A stretch of 64,000 bases of DNA from assembly GCA_050575255.1 (NCBI GenBank), contig JBNZDD010013732.1, positions 19,313,608 to 19,377,607 of the forward strand, in the 5' to 3' direction. Positions 13,557 to 27,418 of the stretch are shown one piece after another (positions within the stretch are counted from its first letter, which is position 1; the number at the start of each line of letters is the position of its first letter). The DNA is from Harriotta raleighana. Taxonomy: Eukaryota. The translations under genes were made by a program, and so were the position numbers. A model generated the notes under the pieces. The model did no database searches, was not told the DNA's origin, and was given only the letters and a program-made list of their open reading frames with translations.

Positions 13557-15977
13557 TAGTTAAAGCAGTTGAACCCACACCTTTACCAATGAGAACCAAT
13601 GCCCCAATACAGAACATTAGTCCTTTGCTATAATAGGTGCAAATAATAAATTTTTTCAAATGTATCACTATCTAAAGTAGAAAGGTCATTAATAGGCCGA
13701 TAAAGTATATAAGCTACTTTTCAGAATCAGAAGATGAAAACCACATAAAACACACTTACCCTGTCCTACATATTGTACTGTTGTGTCAGTAGAAGAAATA
13801 AACAGGAATTTCTGAGGTTGTTTACTGCTTGCAAAATGAATACAGATATTCACCACAGACCTTGGTCTGCAATGGCTAACCATTTCCCCTCTGGGTGCAA
13901 AAATGAGTAAGAACGAGGTCAATCATTTATCACTTGAGGTTGATCTGAAAGTTCAGGAACAAAAGCTTACCAAAAGTGCACAATATTTTTTATTATTGTG
14001 CTTGACCTAAAAAAAATTGTACAATATGACCTCCATATTGAGCTTTTAGGAGGTAATAGACGCTTATGCATTTAGCAACAGTTATCGAAGACAATTCTCA
14101 AAAATCTGCAATGGAAAACTATTCTCCCAATTGTTCTAATTGAGGTTTGTTGTGGGAAAAGTTTCACTCCTACAATATGTCTGATCTTCACAATGCATTC
14201 AGAAAGATGGTTAAAGACTTTTAATGCAATGTTGCACTAAATAATGGGAGAATAATCAATCTCCCTTTTTGTGAATTTCTCTCTGCCCTACAACTCAGCC
14301 CACAGCAAAAACTGAAAGTGATAAACTGAAACAAAATGTTCAAGTTCTTCTCCGTTTTCCTGCAATGCCAGTGGGTGATAGATAAAAACTGTTTTCCATG
14401 ACGGTTTTAAATAACGTTTTGTACAGATTGCTTCAACAAGGACTCGAATGATTTATCTTTGAGATTTTACTTTCAGGACATGAATATAATTGTTGACCCA
14501 GGTAGTTTAATTCTGAAGAGCTATATTTGTGAATTTCAGAATAATTTAAGGAAAATCTTACTTAATTTATTGTTTATTTGAACAAATTCAATCAGAACGA
14601 AAAATGAATTGCAAGGAGTGGTACTGAGTCAATCAGGTGAGGAAGGTACAAGGTTTTATCATTTTTAAGATGTGCTGGGCATTGGTAGAGCAGTGCAATT
14701 GGCTTCAATGCCCTTGTGTTACAGTGGAAGGGGAACAAGGACTCCTAATTCCTATTTAATTAAGCTGCTGGAAAACTGCTGGGGTAAAAGCTATTTGCAT
14801 GAGTTACTGCCTTCAGGAAAGGAAAGGCAGGGGAAAATGTCTTTCTGGCTCCCTGTTTTGTTTTGGTTTGACTGTAGAGGGAAAGTAATTATGCAGTTGT
14901 TTGATTATCTTTTCTTCTGCAAGCTTCTCCATATAACAAAATGTTTGTGTACATAGCGAAGGAGTAAGAGAATCAACTTTGAAACAGAAAAAATATTGGG
15001 GTGGAATATGATAGAGAATTTTTTTTATACTTAGCATTTGTTTAATGCTTGAGTATTCAGTCACTGTTTCCCTTTCCCACAGAAAAAAAATTCAAGCAGT
15101 TTAATGACAATTATTGCTACCTTGTATAAAATAGTCCATCCAAAAATATTATTTAGTCAATTTTTTTTTGTGAAGCATTCAGTCTTGTGAATAGCTTCAA
15201 GTACAGCATCGACCTTGTGACCAGAAGATTCAAGTTTGAATTCCAGCAATGCCTAAGATATGATATAGTTAGCATTTGTTTTGAATATTTCACCGCCCTG
15301 GTGAATAAAGCAGGTGGACAACCTGGAAGCCTAGTTCCTCACCCTGAAGTTGAAACACCTTAGTCAGATGATCAATTGGTAAATTTAACTGACAACTGCT
15401 ATCAGATCATCCAATATTTTAAGATAAGGGGAGCTATTGAATTGGGGAAGTGGTAAGATAAATTGACATTCAGTGCATTCTCTTTGTTAAATGCTTTGTG
15501 TACAGAAACAAAATTACATTTGTATATCGTCTCTCACATCAGGAGAATGTTCCAAGGAACTCGACAGACAGTATTTCAGACCAGAGCTGGGCGTTAGGAT
15601 TGGTGGGGTGTTGAGGGCAGGGGATAAAGCTGCTTGACTGAAAGCAGATTTATACATTACACATAAAGAAAAAATTTCCCTTTTTTTGATAGTGGCGTAT
15701 TTGAAATGAAACTGGAGTCCACAAGTAAACTGAATTTTCAGGGAATTACATACCCAAACATTCCGAGAGATTAAATTATTCAACACAATGCACGGAGGAG
15801 ACTGAACCAATTCTACGCATAGCTACAAACATTAGAAAGTATGAAACATCATGAGAAAAACGAAGAAAATCATTTATAACAAACCAAGTGCAAATATGTG
15901 ATTTCACTGTTTCAAATAATTTATCTTTGGAAACAGCGAGGAGGAAACTAGCAGACTGCTATATTTATGGCACTCAC

Positions 15978-16050
15978 CAGCACTCCAAAACCCCAAGCAC
16001 TTGCCTCCTGGGAAAGACTGAAGCTGCTGAGTTTTCTTGTACCAACTCAA
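15978..16050 (-). other. Candidate exon (73 nt) of an unidentified transcript, probably non-coding
   Basis: Strong acceptor attcttctcatattcatgtttcag| and donor CTG|gtgagt. No recognisable protein. Confidence 0.3.
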
Positions 16051-16582
16051 CTGAAACATGAATATGAGAAGAATGCTTGAAAACCTGGAACACCAAAATA
16101 CACCTAGTCCTGAGAACTTAAATGAATCATTACAAAATTCATGAAGAAAATTGTGAATCAATCATTAAAATAAGTCAAATTTTACCTGCTTAAAACATAT
16201 TTTAAAACATAAGACAGGCTTTTAACTGCAAATGACTTGTTCCATCAAATCTACATATTTGGCTCAAATACAAAAAATTCAGATGAAATTCACAGATATC
16301 AAAATGTTTAAGCAAAAATCGATTGAGAGAATTGCAAAGATGTCAAAGATATGCAAATGGAAGAGCAGTGGCAGAAGTGCAACAACAACAACAACAACAA
16401 CATTGAAGAAATGTCAAGCAGACAAAAAAAATTGATGATTAGTGTGTGAGCAGGCGCCTCACCACATTGTTTGACCCACGATGATGTGTGGTCTTGGGGG
16501 GACACATTTGGGATAGAAATCAAATTTCTTATCAAAACAATGCTAGAATATTACTGAGCACTGGAGCAGCATACACCCCACT

Positions 16583-16685
16583 ATAATAATAATCCTATAA
16601 TCCTAGCATTTGATGTAGCGCTTTTCACATCTTATCAACGTCCCAAAGCGCTTCACAGAGTATACTGTAAAGTGAATTGACTGTC
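16583..16685 (-). mobile_element. 3' fragment of the same SINE (other partial copies at ~2285-2445 +, ~3155-3235 +, ~8965-9086 +, ~42040-42095 -)
   Basis: Shared tail cagtcaattcactttacagtata.tctgtgaagcgctttgggacg..gcgcta.atcaaatgc.aggattat. Confidence 0.8.
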
Positions 16686-16690
16686 TAAAG

Positions 16691-17292
16691 CGGTGGCTTC
16701 CAAACCTTAAATAGCAGTGCCCCCCACTAACTCAGCAAAGTTTTCGTTGCACCCCACCCCCCACCCCCCACCCCCCACCTCCTTCATATTGAATAATTTT
16801 CACAATTGGTAACAGCAAATTCAATATTTTCTTTACCTGTTTTTATTCATATTTTTAAGTATTAATAAAAAACATTAAATTGTTTTAAAAATTTAATGAA
16901 TTGAAAAAAATTACTAAAATTACTCACATTTACAATTTACAACACTTAGAGATTTTAGTGTGATGTGTGAGCTTGGTTTTCAGCGCAACGTTTCTCCCTG
17001 ACGGCCCTCTCACTCGCTCCCCTGCCTGCCTGTCTGCCCGGCTCACTCACTCGCTGCCGGCCTGGCTCACTCCCAGGTCCTAGCACCATCGCGCCCCCTT
17101 TCCACCCGCTAGCGAACGACGTATTAGCGAACGTCGCGACCTTAAGCGGGGTTTACCTGTAATAAGAGCAATAACGGCCGCGCCCCCCCCCCCCCCCCCC
17201 CCCCCCCCNCCCCCCCCCCCCCCCCCCCACTCCCCCAGCCAACGGTACCCACCCCCCAAGGGAGTCCTCGCCCCACAGTTTCGAAACCACTG
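16691..17292. mobile_element. Non-autonomous hAT (Charlie-like) DNA element
   Basis: Imperfect TIRs cggtggcttccaaac / gtttcgaaaccactg resemble CAGTGGTT..CAAAC hAT ends. CpG-rich interior. The 8-bp TSD is not intact. Confidence 0.7.
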
Positions 17293-18209
17293 CTTTACAC
17301 TATGATGTTTTAGAGTCAGATTTAATTTTTTTAATTGAAAAATAATGTTTTTAATGTCACAAGCCAACTAACAGCATCTGATTTAAGTGGATGTTAATAT
17401 TTATTTGAAAACATGGAATAGGGATGAGGTTCTAGGGTCAATACTGCCCTATATTTGAGGAAAGTATCACAAAGTGGAATGCTTTGCATAACACTGACCT
17501 CTGGTGGATACATTATGTTTCCTGCAATGTATTTTCCCTTAACTTAAGAGGGTTTCTCTTTTTTCAAAAACTATTCTTAACTGAGCAGCAAAAACTATCT
17601 TGAAGTATGATTGTTTACACACCCGAACAGCAAAGTTCAACTGTTGCTGTAAACATTCAAATCCACTTGTTAAAAACAAATCCCAATGAAACATACAGTC
17701 CAGTACAAGTAAATCCCTTAAAGTAAACAAGATGTTCTTGATGGGTTCTGCAGTGCATAAAGGCTTTAACTTAGCTCAAAATCGAGTAGATTTATTAAGT
17801 GTGTGATTTATCAAGTGTGAATGTTAGCGTGTGTTAATACTTTCTTAATGGTTGGCCTTCTACTTAATGTGTTTGTGCTTTACGTTAAATTGTATGGTTG
17901 TGAATGGAGACATAAATTATCAGAGCAATTTTAAGAATGTAGTGTTTCCAGATAATGCCCAGACATTCCCCCAGGTTGACAACTTATTTTTCCCTGAATG
18001 ATGAATGACATCTTGGACAGTCCATAAGAACTGAAAAAATATTGTGACGCTGTTTTGGTCCAAGGTGTTTGTGCAGGAAAATCACCAGGGAAATGGAAGA
18101 AAATGTCTAAATACAGGTACTGAAGCAATCCAACCCATATTTCGCTCATTCTTCTGATTTTTTTTGGCTGAGTATTTCCAGTCTATTTTTCTGCCTTTCG
18201 CTGAGGTTA

Positions 18210-18515
18210 TATTTTATGACCATATTCCCTTTTGGGCCTGCCACCCTATCCACACCACCACCAGCGGGTGGCTTTCAACCATTCAGCCATTCAATCCCTG
18301 CTCTCTGGGACTCCATCCTGAGGTGCTTCTGACTAGCTCAGTCCATACTCTCTTTCAAAGCATGTCTCTTTGACCACACTGTTGGTCATCCTTCTCCTGG
18401 CCATTCCCCTTTGACTACCACCCCAGCTCAGGGCCTTCCTGCATTGGCAAGTGCTTTGAGACATCCCCCTGACATGACATGAAAGACGTGTATACATATG
18501 TGTAAATTGTATTGC
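18210..18515 (+). mobile_element. Older L2 3' fragment (similar decayed copies at ~20150-20428, ~30185-30380, ~38400-38600, ~60940-61050)
   Basis: Degenerate similarity to the 10900-11208 segment, including the tail motif. Boundaries approximate. Confidence 0.55.
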
Positions 18516-21194
18516 ATTACAAACTGACGGACTCCCAACATTTGCATACTGGGTTCTAAATCCTGGAGCAGTTCAGACTGGTTCTGTGGGAAACCTTAGC
18601 AACCGCTAAATTAATTTGAAGTTATGTCAATCACACAATCAATCTGCTTCCCAAGTAGATTTGAAAGTATTTTTTTTAAGTTTACCTGCTTAATCTCATT
18701 TGAAATCTTGTATACTGTTACCTTTATAATGTCCTGTTTCAAGCTACAGTATTTATGTAAAAGCAATTGTTTCTTCACAATACAGGGGCCACTGAAAATG
18801 TCCTTGACTGGGACAAATCTGCTTTGGTTCATTTTAGCAGACTCCTGGGACTTGTTAATGATGCAAAAGCTATCTTCTACAGAATATAAAACCATTTTTC
18901 TAGAATACTGTAGCAAATTGCTTACCTGGTGACATTTAATGGTCCTTTAGATGTGCAAATTGCAGAGCCTTTTAAAACGTGAACAAAATATTCTAAAAAT
19001 GCAAAAAAATTCTCAATTGATTATAAAAGTCACTTTGTCTTTCTATTTTTCACTCTTTCTTTCCCCCACCCGATTATCTTGACTATATGAGAGTTGTCAG
19101 CAGAGAAGCACTCTCACTTCTGAGTGTGAACATTGTGGGTTAAAGCCTTACATCAGGACTTTGAATTCACAATCTAGGCTAATAGTCCAATACAGTGCTG
19201 GGGGTGCGGGTGTTGCATTATTAGAAGCGTTGTGTTTCAGATAAGATATTACACTAAGTGTTACTGAAACAGGGTAACTGTTGTAATTTTCTGCCCCTCA
19301 ATTTGGGTTAGTGAGTTGGTTCTAATGCGGGCACTGTCTGTAATGAGCACAATACATAGTTGACTAATGTTCATTTAAGTTCTATTAATCTTTTTTTGTA
19401 GCTAGAAGGTGCCGTCAGAATGTGCCTTGTGTGTGTGAATGTGTATATAAGAAAATGAATTGACAAAATCAAAATCACAACCAGATTATGGAGGTCTGAA
19501 AACAGATATTCATACAGCATGTGTACCTGCTGATAAACCTTTATAGTGCAGTTTGCACATAAAATTGGCAAATAAGGCAAGATTTCTCTTGGTCAGCAAG
19601 ATTGAGCCTGTCAATTGCTTTTCAATTTTCTATCCTTAAAGAAGTGAATGTTCAGGATTTATATGATGTTGCCCTAAGGGTTGGTGCGTATTCCATTTGC
19701 TCCTCCATCGTTTCTATTTTTAAATTGAACATCATTCTGCTTAAATTGCTTTTGAAAGCTTACCCATGTCGTCAGCTATTGATTATGAGCGATGCAACAT
19801 TTAATCTTTTTAACTCAAAGAAGCAATCTATGCTGATACTGAACTCTGCCTTCATATCAAATGTGACAAGAGCCTTTTGGGCCCTGCTTCTATGTACTAG
19901 ATGTGCAAGCTCTTACTGAAGGACTCAGCGGTTATGAAAATCAATCTACCTTAACTTTTTCAGCATTAGTGAGAATATGGTCACAACAGGAAAAAGCTAC
20001 ATTTATTAAGATACTTGTTTTGCTTGAACTAACTATCTTCCGGAATCTTTCTGTAAAACTGTAATTTCATTGTATTCATTCAAGCCCCATGGAAATACAT
20101 AAAACCAATCTTTCAACAATTGTTAACTTAGATGCATAAATCCACATTTAAATCAATGTGTGGTCTCTGCCTCATCCTACCTCTGCAACCTCCTTCACCC
20201 TGGTTGACCAGTTCCTGCTCTCTGGAACTCCATTGCCCTCTGACTTGCTCCCTCCCTCTCTCTGCACTTCCAAAGTTTGCCTCAAGATATAGCTCTTTGG
20301 TCACACTTTGGTCATCTTTCCCTTGTTCATCATGCTCACTCAGCTCCAGTATCCAGTCAGAATAGTCAAATCCTTCAGGACATCCTCCCTTGGGTGAAAG
20401 GTGCTATATAAGTGCAATTCGTATTGTGATTTAATTGGGAACCAGTCATAAGAAGTTTTTTTTTATTGGCAAGACCAATTCCAGTCTTGTATGCAATTTT
20501 CATAAAAGAATTTGAGAATGTGAGGGGAATGAACATGATGACGGTCCAATGGTTTTAAAGCTAATACTGTACATGGCAAGTCAACATATCTGGGTGGAGT
20601 GTTTGAAACTCAAGAGTATGTTCAATTCCCAGGATGGTGATTGTTTATCAGGATCCTAAATGGGAGGAAGGGGAAGTCACTTATCATGTTTGGCAAAATA
20701 TTTCCTTAGAATACCATGAAAATGTTGAAAGGAACGCCACCGCTCTATTGATAAAGGATGCATTACCATATCCCATTTTGCACATCAGGTAAGTTTACGT
20801 CAAGAGGGTCCCATTTTATGGTGGGAATGTCTTTAATTGAACATCTTCCTCAGCTTGTTTACCTTTTCTCAACACTGGTGGTTCACATTCATAAGGCTAC
20901 TTCAACAAAGGTACAGTGATCCCATTCTACACGGAATGACAAATGGCTCAGTGTCAGGCTCCAACATCATCTGCTGCTCTTCCCAGCCCAGGTCAATAGG
21001 GTAACCTTTAAGGTGATCTGGTGGATTAGATTCATGCTGTAAGACTCATTTGTTCCAAACTGCTAAATTCTTTGAACTTTTGTGAGTGAGCAAAAACGAA
21101 AAAGCCTTTTTCCATTGTCGCCATTTTCCCTTTTCAGATACTCATTGTTTCTCCACTATTCTCTGGTTGACTGGGGCCTGTTCTGCCAGTGTTT

Positions 21195-21559
21195 TGCCTA
21201 TCTCTCTGACCTGCTGTCTCCCTATCAGCCTGCCTGCACTCTCTGTTCAGCAGACTCAGGCCTGCTTCGCGTCCACTGCCCTAACCGCCCAACCATCGGT
21301 GGCCAGACTTTCAGCCTGTTTGTCCCCACACTATGGAACTCCATCCGCAGTCCCTCCGCCTTGTTTCCTCCCTTTCCTTCTTCAAGGCCGGACTCAAGAC
21401 CTTCCTCTTCCATTGCGCCTTCGGCTCCCCCCCTAACTCTTCCCCCTCTCCTTCACCTACCCCATCCTCCCCCCCCGCTCGGGTCCCGACCTGACTGTTC
21501 AACGCTTTGGGACTCCCGAAGTGAAAGGCGGTATATAAGTGTCGTTTTGTTGTTGTTGT
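21195..21559 (+). mobile_element. L2 LINE 3' fragment
   Basis: YLSDLLSPYQPACTLCSADSGLL..PTLWNSI plus tail gtgaaaggcggtatataagtgtcgttttgttgttgttg. Confidence 0.88.
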
Positions 21560-23544
21560 CACTCAATAACAGGTGGGTTGGTAGTGCACAAGACTAGCTA
21601 ATGTGAGTGGCCCTTAGCAATGTGACATTGGAGATATTGGGAGCAAAGCTCACATTCTACAAGAGTACTGAGACAGTACTTTAGTCTACAGTGTATCTGA
21701 AAATATAACATCATGTAGAATAATTGAAATGGGGGGTTCTGGTGGTAAGAAAATGCAAAACCTTTTTTTTACGAGAAGAATTCTGACCAGTGGCTTCTGT
21801 TTTATAGTCTCCGAAATTTACAAGTTGCTCTTGTGTCTTACATTCAAAACCTAGATTATTTCCCCTAGCTAATTTCAAATCCATCTGAAATTGGAGAACA
21901 AATGTTTGAGTATTTTGATCATTTACCTGGAAAAAAACTAAACATGATTTTAAAAAAGGTAAAACTTGTGGTTGATAAAATCACTTTTATTTCTAACATT
22001 GATAAATTTAATAGCAAGAAGGTAATGTACATGGCATTCCATTGTCGTGATAGATACCTTAATCCATTCTTAATCTTTTCATCTGTGATATATTTCAAGA
22101 GAGAAAAGACTCGAGTGTTCATCAGTCATCTTATGTGGAAAACAATTATAACATTTGTACTGATTCTTCTGTTCTCTCCAGCACATTGAAGCATTTTGAT
22201 CATTGTTGCCTGAGCAGCCTTCTCACCCATTCAGCACAGCTACTCGACATTCCTAGTACAACAATTAACCCCCATAGTACAATAGGAACACTTAGATTTG
22301 AAATCATTGAAATGATGGCAAGATCCTGAAAGGTTGCGTAACGTCAATGGTTTTCAACACAGGGCTTTTTAACCAAGAATAAGGCACACCAGAGTAGCAG
22401 CTATTTGTAACATCTATAAGCTTGCCTTCAATGGCCAGAAGTATAGATTGAAATGCAAAGGTTAGGGATTTTTTTCTCCCCTCTCACAGCTCCCCCTTTT
22501 TAGGTATTCATCGTTTTTCTACCATTCTCTGGTTGACATGGTCTCAGAAGTTTGTCTTTTCAATTGAGTAACAAAAAATTGCTGACTTTTTTTCATTGTA
22601 GAAAAAAAAGTAAGCTCTTTCTCATTCTCTCATGTCCATGTGCCTCTCCATCGTGCTTCACCAATCAAATGTACTGAAGATGATCCAAATTCTAATTGAA
22701 TTAAGCTAAGTGTTTGAGGGGTATCTTTTGCAAATATTTGAGAAAATCCCTCAGTGATATGATATTCAGACATTGCTATAAGATGCTTCATAGCTGCTAA
22801 TCTTAGTGCATTACTGGGACTGAGACACTTTAAGCCCAAAGATGGACACAGATGACAGATCTGGTTAGGTACACTTATTTTCAGAGTGAGATACACACAG
22901 AATAGGTTACATTTTGGTAAGTGATATGACTGAGTCCCAAAATTAGTGAAAGTTGATGAGAATGATTCTATTATATTTGGAGGATTAACAATATTTAGAC
23001 AAAGGATGTGAACAGATCATGAAATTTGCTTTTTTTAAACAAACAAAACAATGCTTTGGACTCGCCTGTGTTGGATAAGGTAGTCAATTTAACTGGCATC
23101 TGAACATCATGCCTTTTTGATTTGGAAAACGTTTTGACACATCATTAAATAGTGATGAATTAATATGAGGTAAAAGCATGTGTGATTAAATGCAATGATG
23201 AGTGGTCCCATCATTTAAGGATTAGGATATAATCAAACTGTAGCTGGAGTGATCTGTCCAAACAGGAATCTCAAAGTGTGTCATTAATGATCAATTTGCA
23301 GCCATGTAAATGTACAATAGGCAAAGGGAAGACTTTGTAGTTGTACTTATCCACTGGCTTTGATTTAACCAATTCTGAACCATCCTGCTTCACATGTTTT
23401 GGACTCGATAGTGAAATAACTGAAAATACAGATGAATATTGTGTACTCAAAAATTTTAAGAATGCTCCTCTTTAATCGACAACATTTTCCCAAACAAATC
23501 CAAGCAGGCTTTAAGGTAAACATCCATCGACTGTAGCAGTTAAA

Positions 23545-25016
23545 ACAAGATGCACTGATCAGTTTTATTTTATTAAATACTTTTTAGATCAAGTCCTATA
23601 GTAACAAAGCTATGAAGATCTACCAACATTCATAACAAACAAACACTGGGTATTTTAGCATGCAAAATCCTGCATCAGTTGCCTTATTTAAAACTATAAG
23701 ATATTAGCCCCATAAGATACAGTAACAATGCAATTAATTTATTCTGCCTTTTTTTAACAGGAATTTATCATTATCAAGCTCAGGCTTAAATTATGTGGTA
23801 CATACTTTCCAGACTGTGCAAGATCATTAAAGATGCAGAACTAAGTACATCATTATTTTTGTCAAGTAAACACAGACAGTGAAAATATTGACCGTAAACA
23901 ACACATGCATAAACTCTGTAAAACTGCATATATATTTTCAATGTGTGACCATTTTATCCTAATTTGACAAGGCTCTCCCTTAACTAGCACAGTGCAGTCT
24001 ACAGATGTAAATAACACTGTGTTTCATGTTTTGATCTCGTACTCAAATAAGATAATGTTACATGGCTATACATGTACACCATACCTCAATGACACAAGGC
24101 AGAGTATAACCACCAATTATTTTTCAAATGATCATGATTGTTACTAGGTTACAACATACTGCAAACGTCTGTATGTGAATGATTCAGCATTTTAACCAAA
24201 GATAGTTTTACTGCACATAGGCCAAGACAAAACTTCAATATTGTACATTCATATTAATTTTGCTGTAAAGAACATTGGAAGAAATGTTAACAAATGAGAA
24301 AGAAATACTTTTGTGTTCCATTCTGTTTAAATGAGATCACAGCTTCACTTTGCAATAGATTGATAAGAGGAAAAAAAAGCAATTGCCTAGGAGTGTATTT
24401 TTTTCCACAGTTTCACAGAACAGTAATGTCATATAGTCTTGGCCTTCAAATTTCAACATATTGTTGCTCATTAACCTCCGAAGTGGGAGTCTCAGTAAAG
24501 CAATTAACCTTTAACTTTTCATTGACAGAGGAAGCTGCAGTTTGCATGGTATCCTTCTGGCACCTTCAATTGAACCTAAGGTGGCTATTGCGCTCTTTTT
24601 AATGACAATTACTGGTCAGAGTTAAAGTAACCTTTGTAGAATCTCAACAAAAAAGGCATACCATTAACCTCTGAGCACTACACCGACTGTTATTTTTGTG
24701 AATTTTTTTTAGTTTTTTAAAATTAATTATGGATGTCCATACTTTGGCAAGTATTTGGTTCAGATTCTATTTAGTACGAACCACTGCCATCAACAAGTGA
24801 ATTATCAGGTACATATACAGCAGCCATTTTATCTGTACACCTCCCATACAGCAGAAACAAACACGATGGATCCATGAAAACAACAAATAGGCAGCCACCA
24901 CAGCATCATACACATGCAGATTCGCGCATGGTGCTGCTGGTCTTCAAGAGGTCACCGTGACAGTGATCGGCTTCAATCCACTGCTTAGACGAGAAGTCTA
25001 CTCCAACATCCTCAAG
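23545..25016 (-). other. CAMK2G: Terminal 3'UTR exon of the CaMKII gene (left end approximate)
   Basis: Strong acceptor tgtattttctttcccag| at 25016, downstream of the post-stop donor at 25459. Repeat-poor, AU-rich sequence follows, ending at overlapping AATAAA signals near 23574-23564. Confidence 0.6.
23564..23574 (-). terminator. Candidate polyadenylation signal (overlapping AATAAAATAAA)
   Basis: Plus strand tttattttatt gives two overlapping AATAAA on the minus strand, followed by U/GU-rich cttgtttt. Confidence 0.45.
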
Positions 25017-25471
25017 CTGGGAAAGAAAATACAATGAGTCAGTTTTCAGATCCACTGCTCAGCTATTCGGCTCTTTTGCCTTCAACTGCTTGATCTATCT
25101 TGCCTCCTAGTGGCTGCCTGTTTCTGTGCTTCTTTCTATCCTTTTACTCAGAGGCTAATTAGTAACTGTAGTTGGTCGTCAGGAAGATTGGTCAAGATCA
25201 GGACACTGGGCTCACTTAAAAACTAGTTTGATGCTGTGATGAGGATGAGGTGACAGGTGGATGGTAGGTGGATGTTCAGGATGAGATGCCATCGGCCAAA
25301 GGGCCTTCTTCATCCAGTGTTATCTTATGATCTGGGTGGGGGTGGGGAATAAGAAGCTCCTTAAATAAGAAATGGAATGTTTTTAGGAATACTGCAGTTT
25401 GACCCCAATTTTATCAAACGCAATCCGTAATATGAAGCTGGTTGGGACGTGTACTCACCTGTAGAATGTGT

Positions 25472-25704
25472 TCACTGGAGCGGAGCTGCTGGGGCTCCTG
25501 AGCAGTGGAAATGTACATTCTGCCACTTCCCCTCACGGCGATGCCAGACGCGAGTTTCCTCAGACTGTGTGGTCCTTGGCCTCCCCTGACTGTCGATGTA
25601 CTGAGTAAGACGGATATAGGCGATACAGGCAGCATCTTCTCCGATCAGGTGAACATGGGGGTTCAGAATTGTAGTGTGGATTGGCTTACTGTTTTTGGAC
25701 AACA
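25472..25704 (-). CDS. CAMK2G: CaMKII last coding exon [77 protein letters not shown]
   Basis: Part of ORF 25472..25768. Acceptor ttaaag|TG at 25704. Stop TGA at 25474-25472. The exon continues 13 nt to donor CAG|gtgagt at 25459. Confidence 0.97.
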
Positions 25705-26786
25705 CTTTAAAGTGGAAGTTAAAAGGATTTATATTGTTATATCTGCTTAAGTTCCATGAAACCATCAAAACACATCTGTGGGTGAACTATTGGGAAAATA
25801 ATATAATCTTTTAAATTTGATTCATTACAAAATTCTCTTATATTAAAACTGATTCTCGTGGAGATACCTTCTCCCATCACATTCTATCTCTTTCCTTGTC
25901 GTGCAGCATTCCTGATAAATGGGTATGCTGCTCACAAGCCTGTGACATTTCCACTCCAAAGGTAGATACAAGCAGGTCTATGGGGGCTTGTCATGATTAT
26001 CTCCTTCGTTTCTCCCCATGGAAAATGCTTGACCTCCCTTGTTTCCCAACAGTGGCACAATTAAAGTTGGAAGCTCTGGAGGGTTGTGGGCTTGAACACA
26101 CGAGTGAGCCATAGAGGTTGCAGACAGCTAAATACTGCTGTCACATAATGTTTGGGTACAGATTGTGAAGGATCCACTGATGGGTAGCAGAGTCTGCATG
26201 CAATGGAGGTAAACAATGTGCTATTTGTTAACACGGGCAAAGCTCATTTACAACAGGAAATATACTTACATTTAATATTAGTGCTTCAATCACATTGTCA
26301 AAACGTCTCAAAACTCTTCAGGATTATATGTAAAATGCAGTGTCTGTGTATTTATCAGGCGGAAAACCTTATTGAAGCAAGCTAGTTAACCCAATGATGT
26401 ATATGTGCATTATCTGTCATTTACTGTAAGATCCTACTGTAAGTGGTTAAGATATCTACTTTGTAAGTGTTTGGTTATGTTTCTTCTCTAGCCCTCCCCT
26501 CTTCCACCGCAGAAATTAGGTGGTCGACCAGACTGCATACTGTAATAAGGACTGCTCTCTCACAAATACTGTATGCATGTGCTTGCAATCAGGGACAATA
26601 CTTGGAATTAAAGTTTGGATGATCCTAAATTATTAAATGTACCATGTAAAATATTTAGTTAGGCATCCTATGAGACTCATCTAGAAATTGTATAGCTGAG
26701 AAAACTAGATCAAGTGATCTAAAATGTGATTAAATAGAGGCAATCTGTTTGATTTAGCATGATTACAACTCCGACAGAGTGCATCA

Positions 26787-26951
<165 letters not shown>

Positions 26952-27404
26952 TCATATTCTTCAGACTGTTAGAATGTAAACTCTCACCCTCCCTGGAGGG
27001 ACGCATGCCGCTTATCCAATTCCGGAAAATACTAGGGGCAGGGTGACCAAGGGTATTGCACAAGTACTGAGCTGCCAGCACAGGTGGGAATGAATTCTAG
27101 CACTAAACTTTCAGTAGTCGAAATGTGCTTTTTAATTTGAAAAAAACTAGGCTGCATTCAAGATTACATTTGCAATGTGATGGAATGATAGAGATGGTCC
27201 AAGCAGTTTTGTTTCATTCCTTACATTTTTTTATTATTCCTACAGTAAACAAGCTGCCAGCTTGTTTGATCCTATATATTATTAAAAGAATCATCAAAAT
27301 TTCTAAATTGTCCTGACAGCTCGGGATGAAATGGTTTCTTTATCATAAGGAAAAAGCTCAGTGACGAGATCAGTGTGAAATGTGTGCTATCAACCTGTGT
27401 GGTT

Positions 27405-27418
27405 GTTTCCATGACAAC
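27405..27418. promoter_or_regulatory. RFX X-box-like motif GTTTCCATGACAAC
   Basis: Two mismatches from the palindromic RFX consensus GTTGCCATGGCAAC, in non-repeat intronic sequence. Confidence 0.4.
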
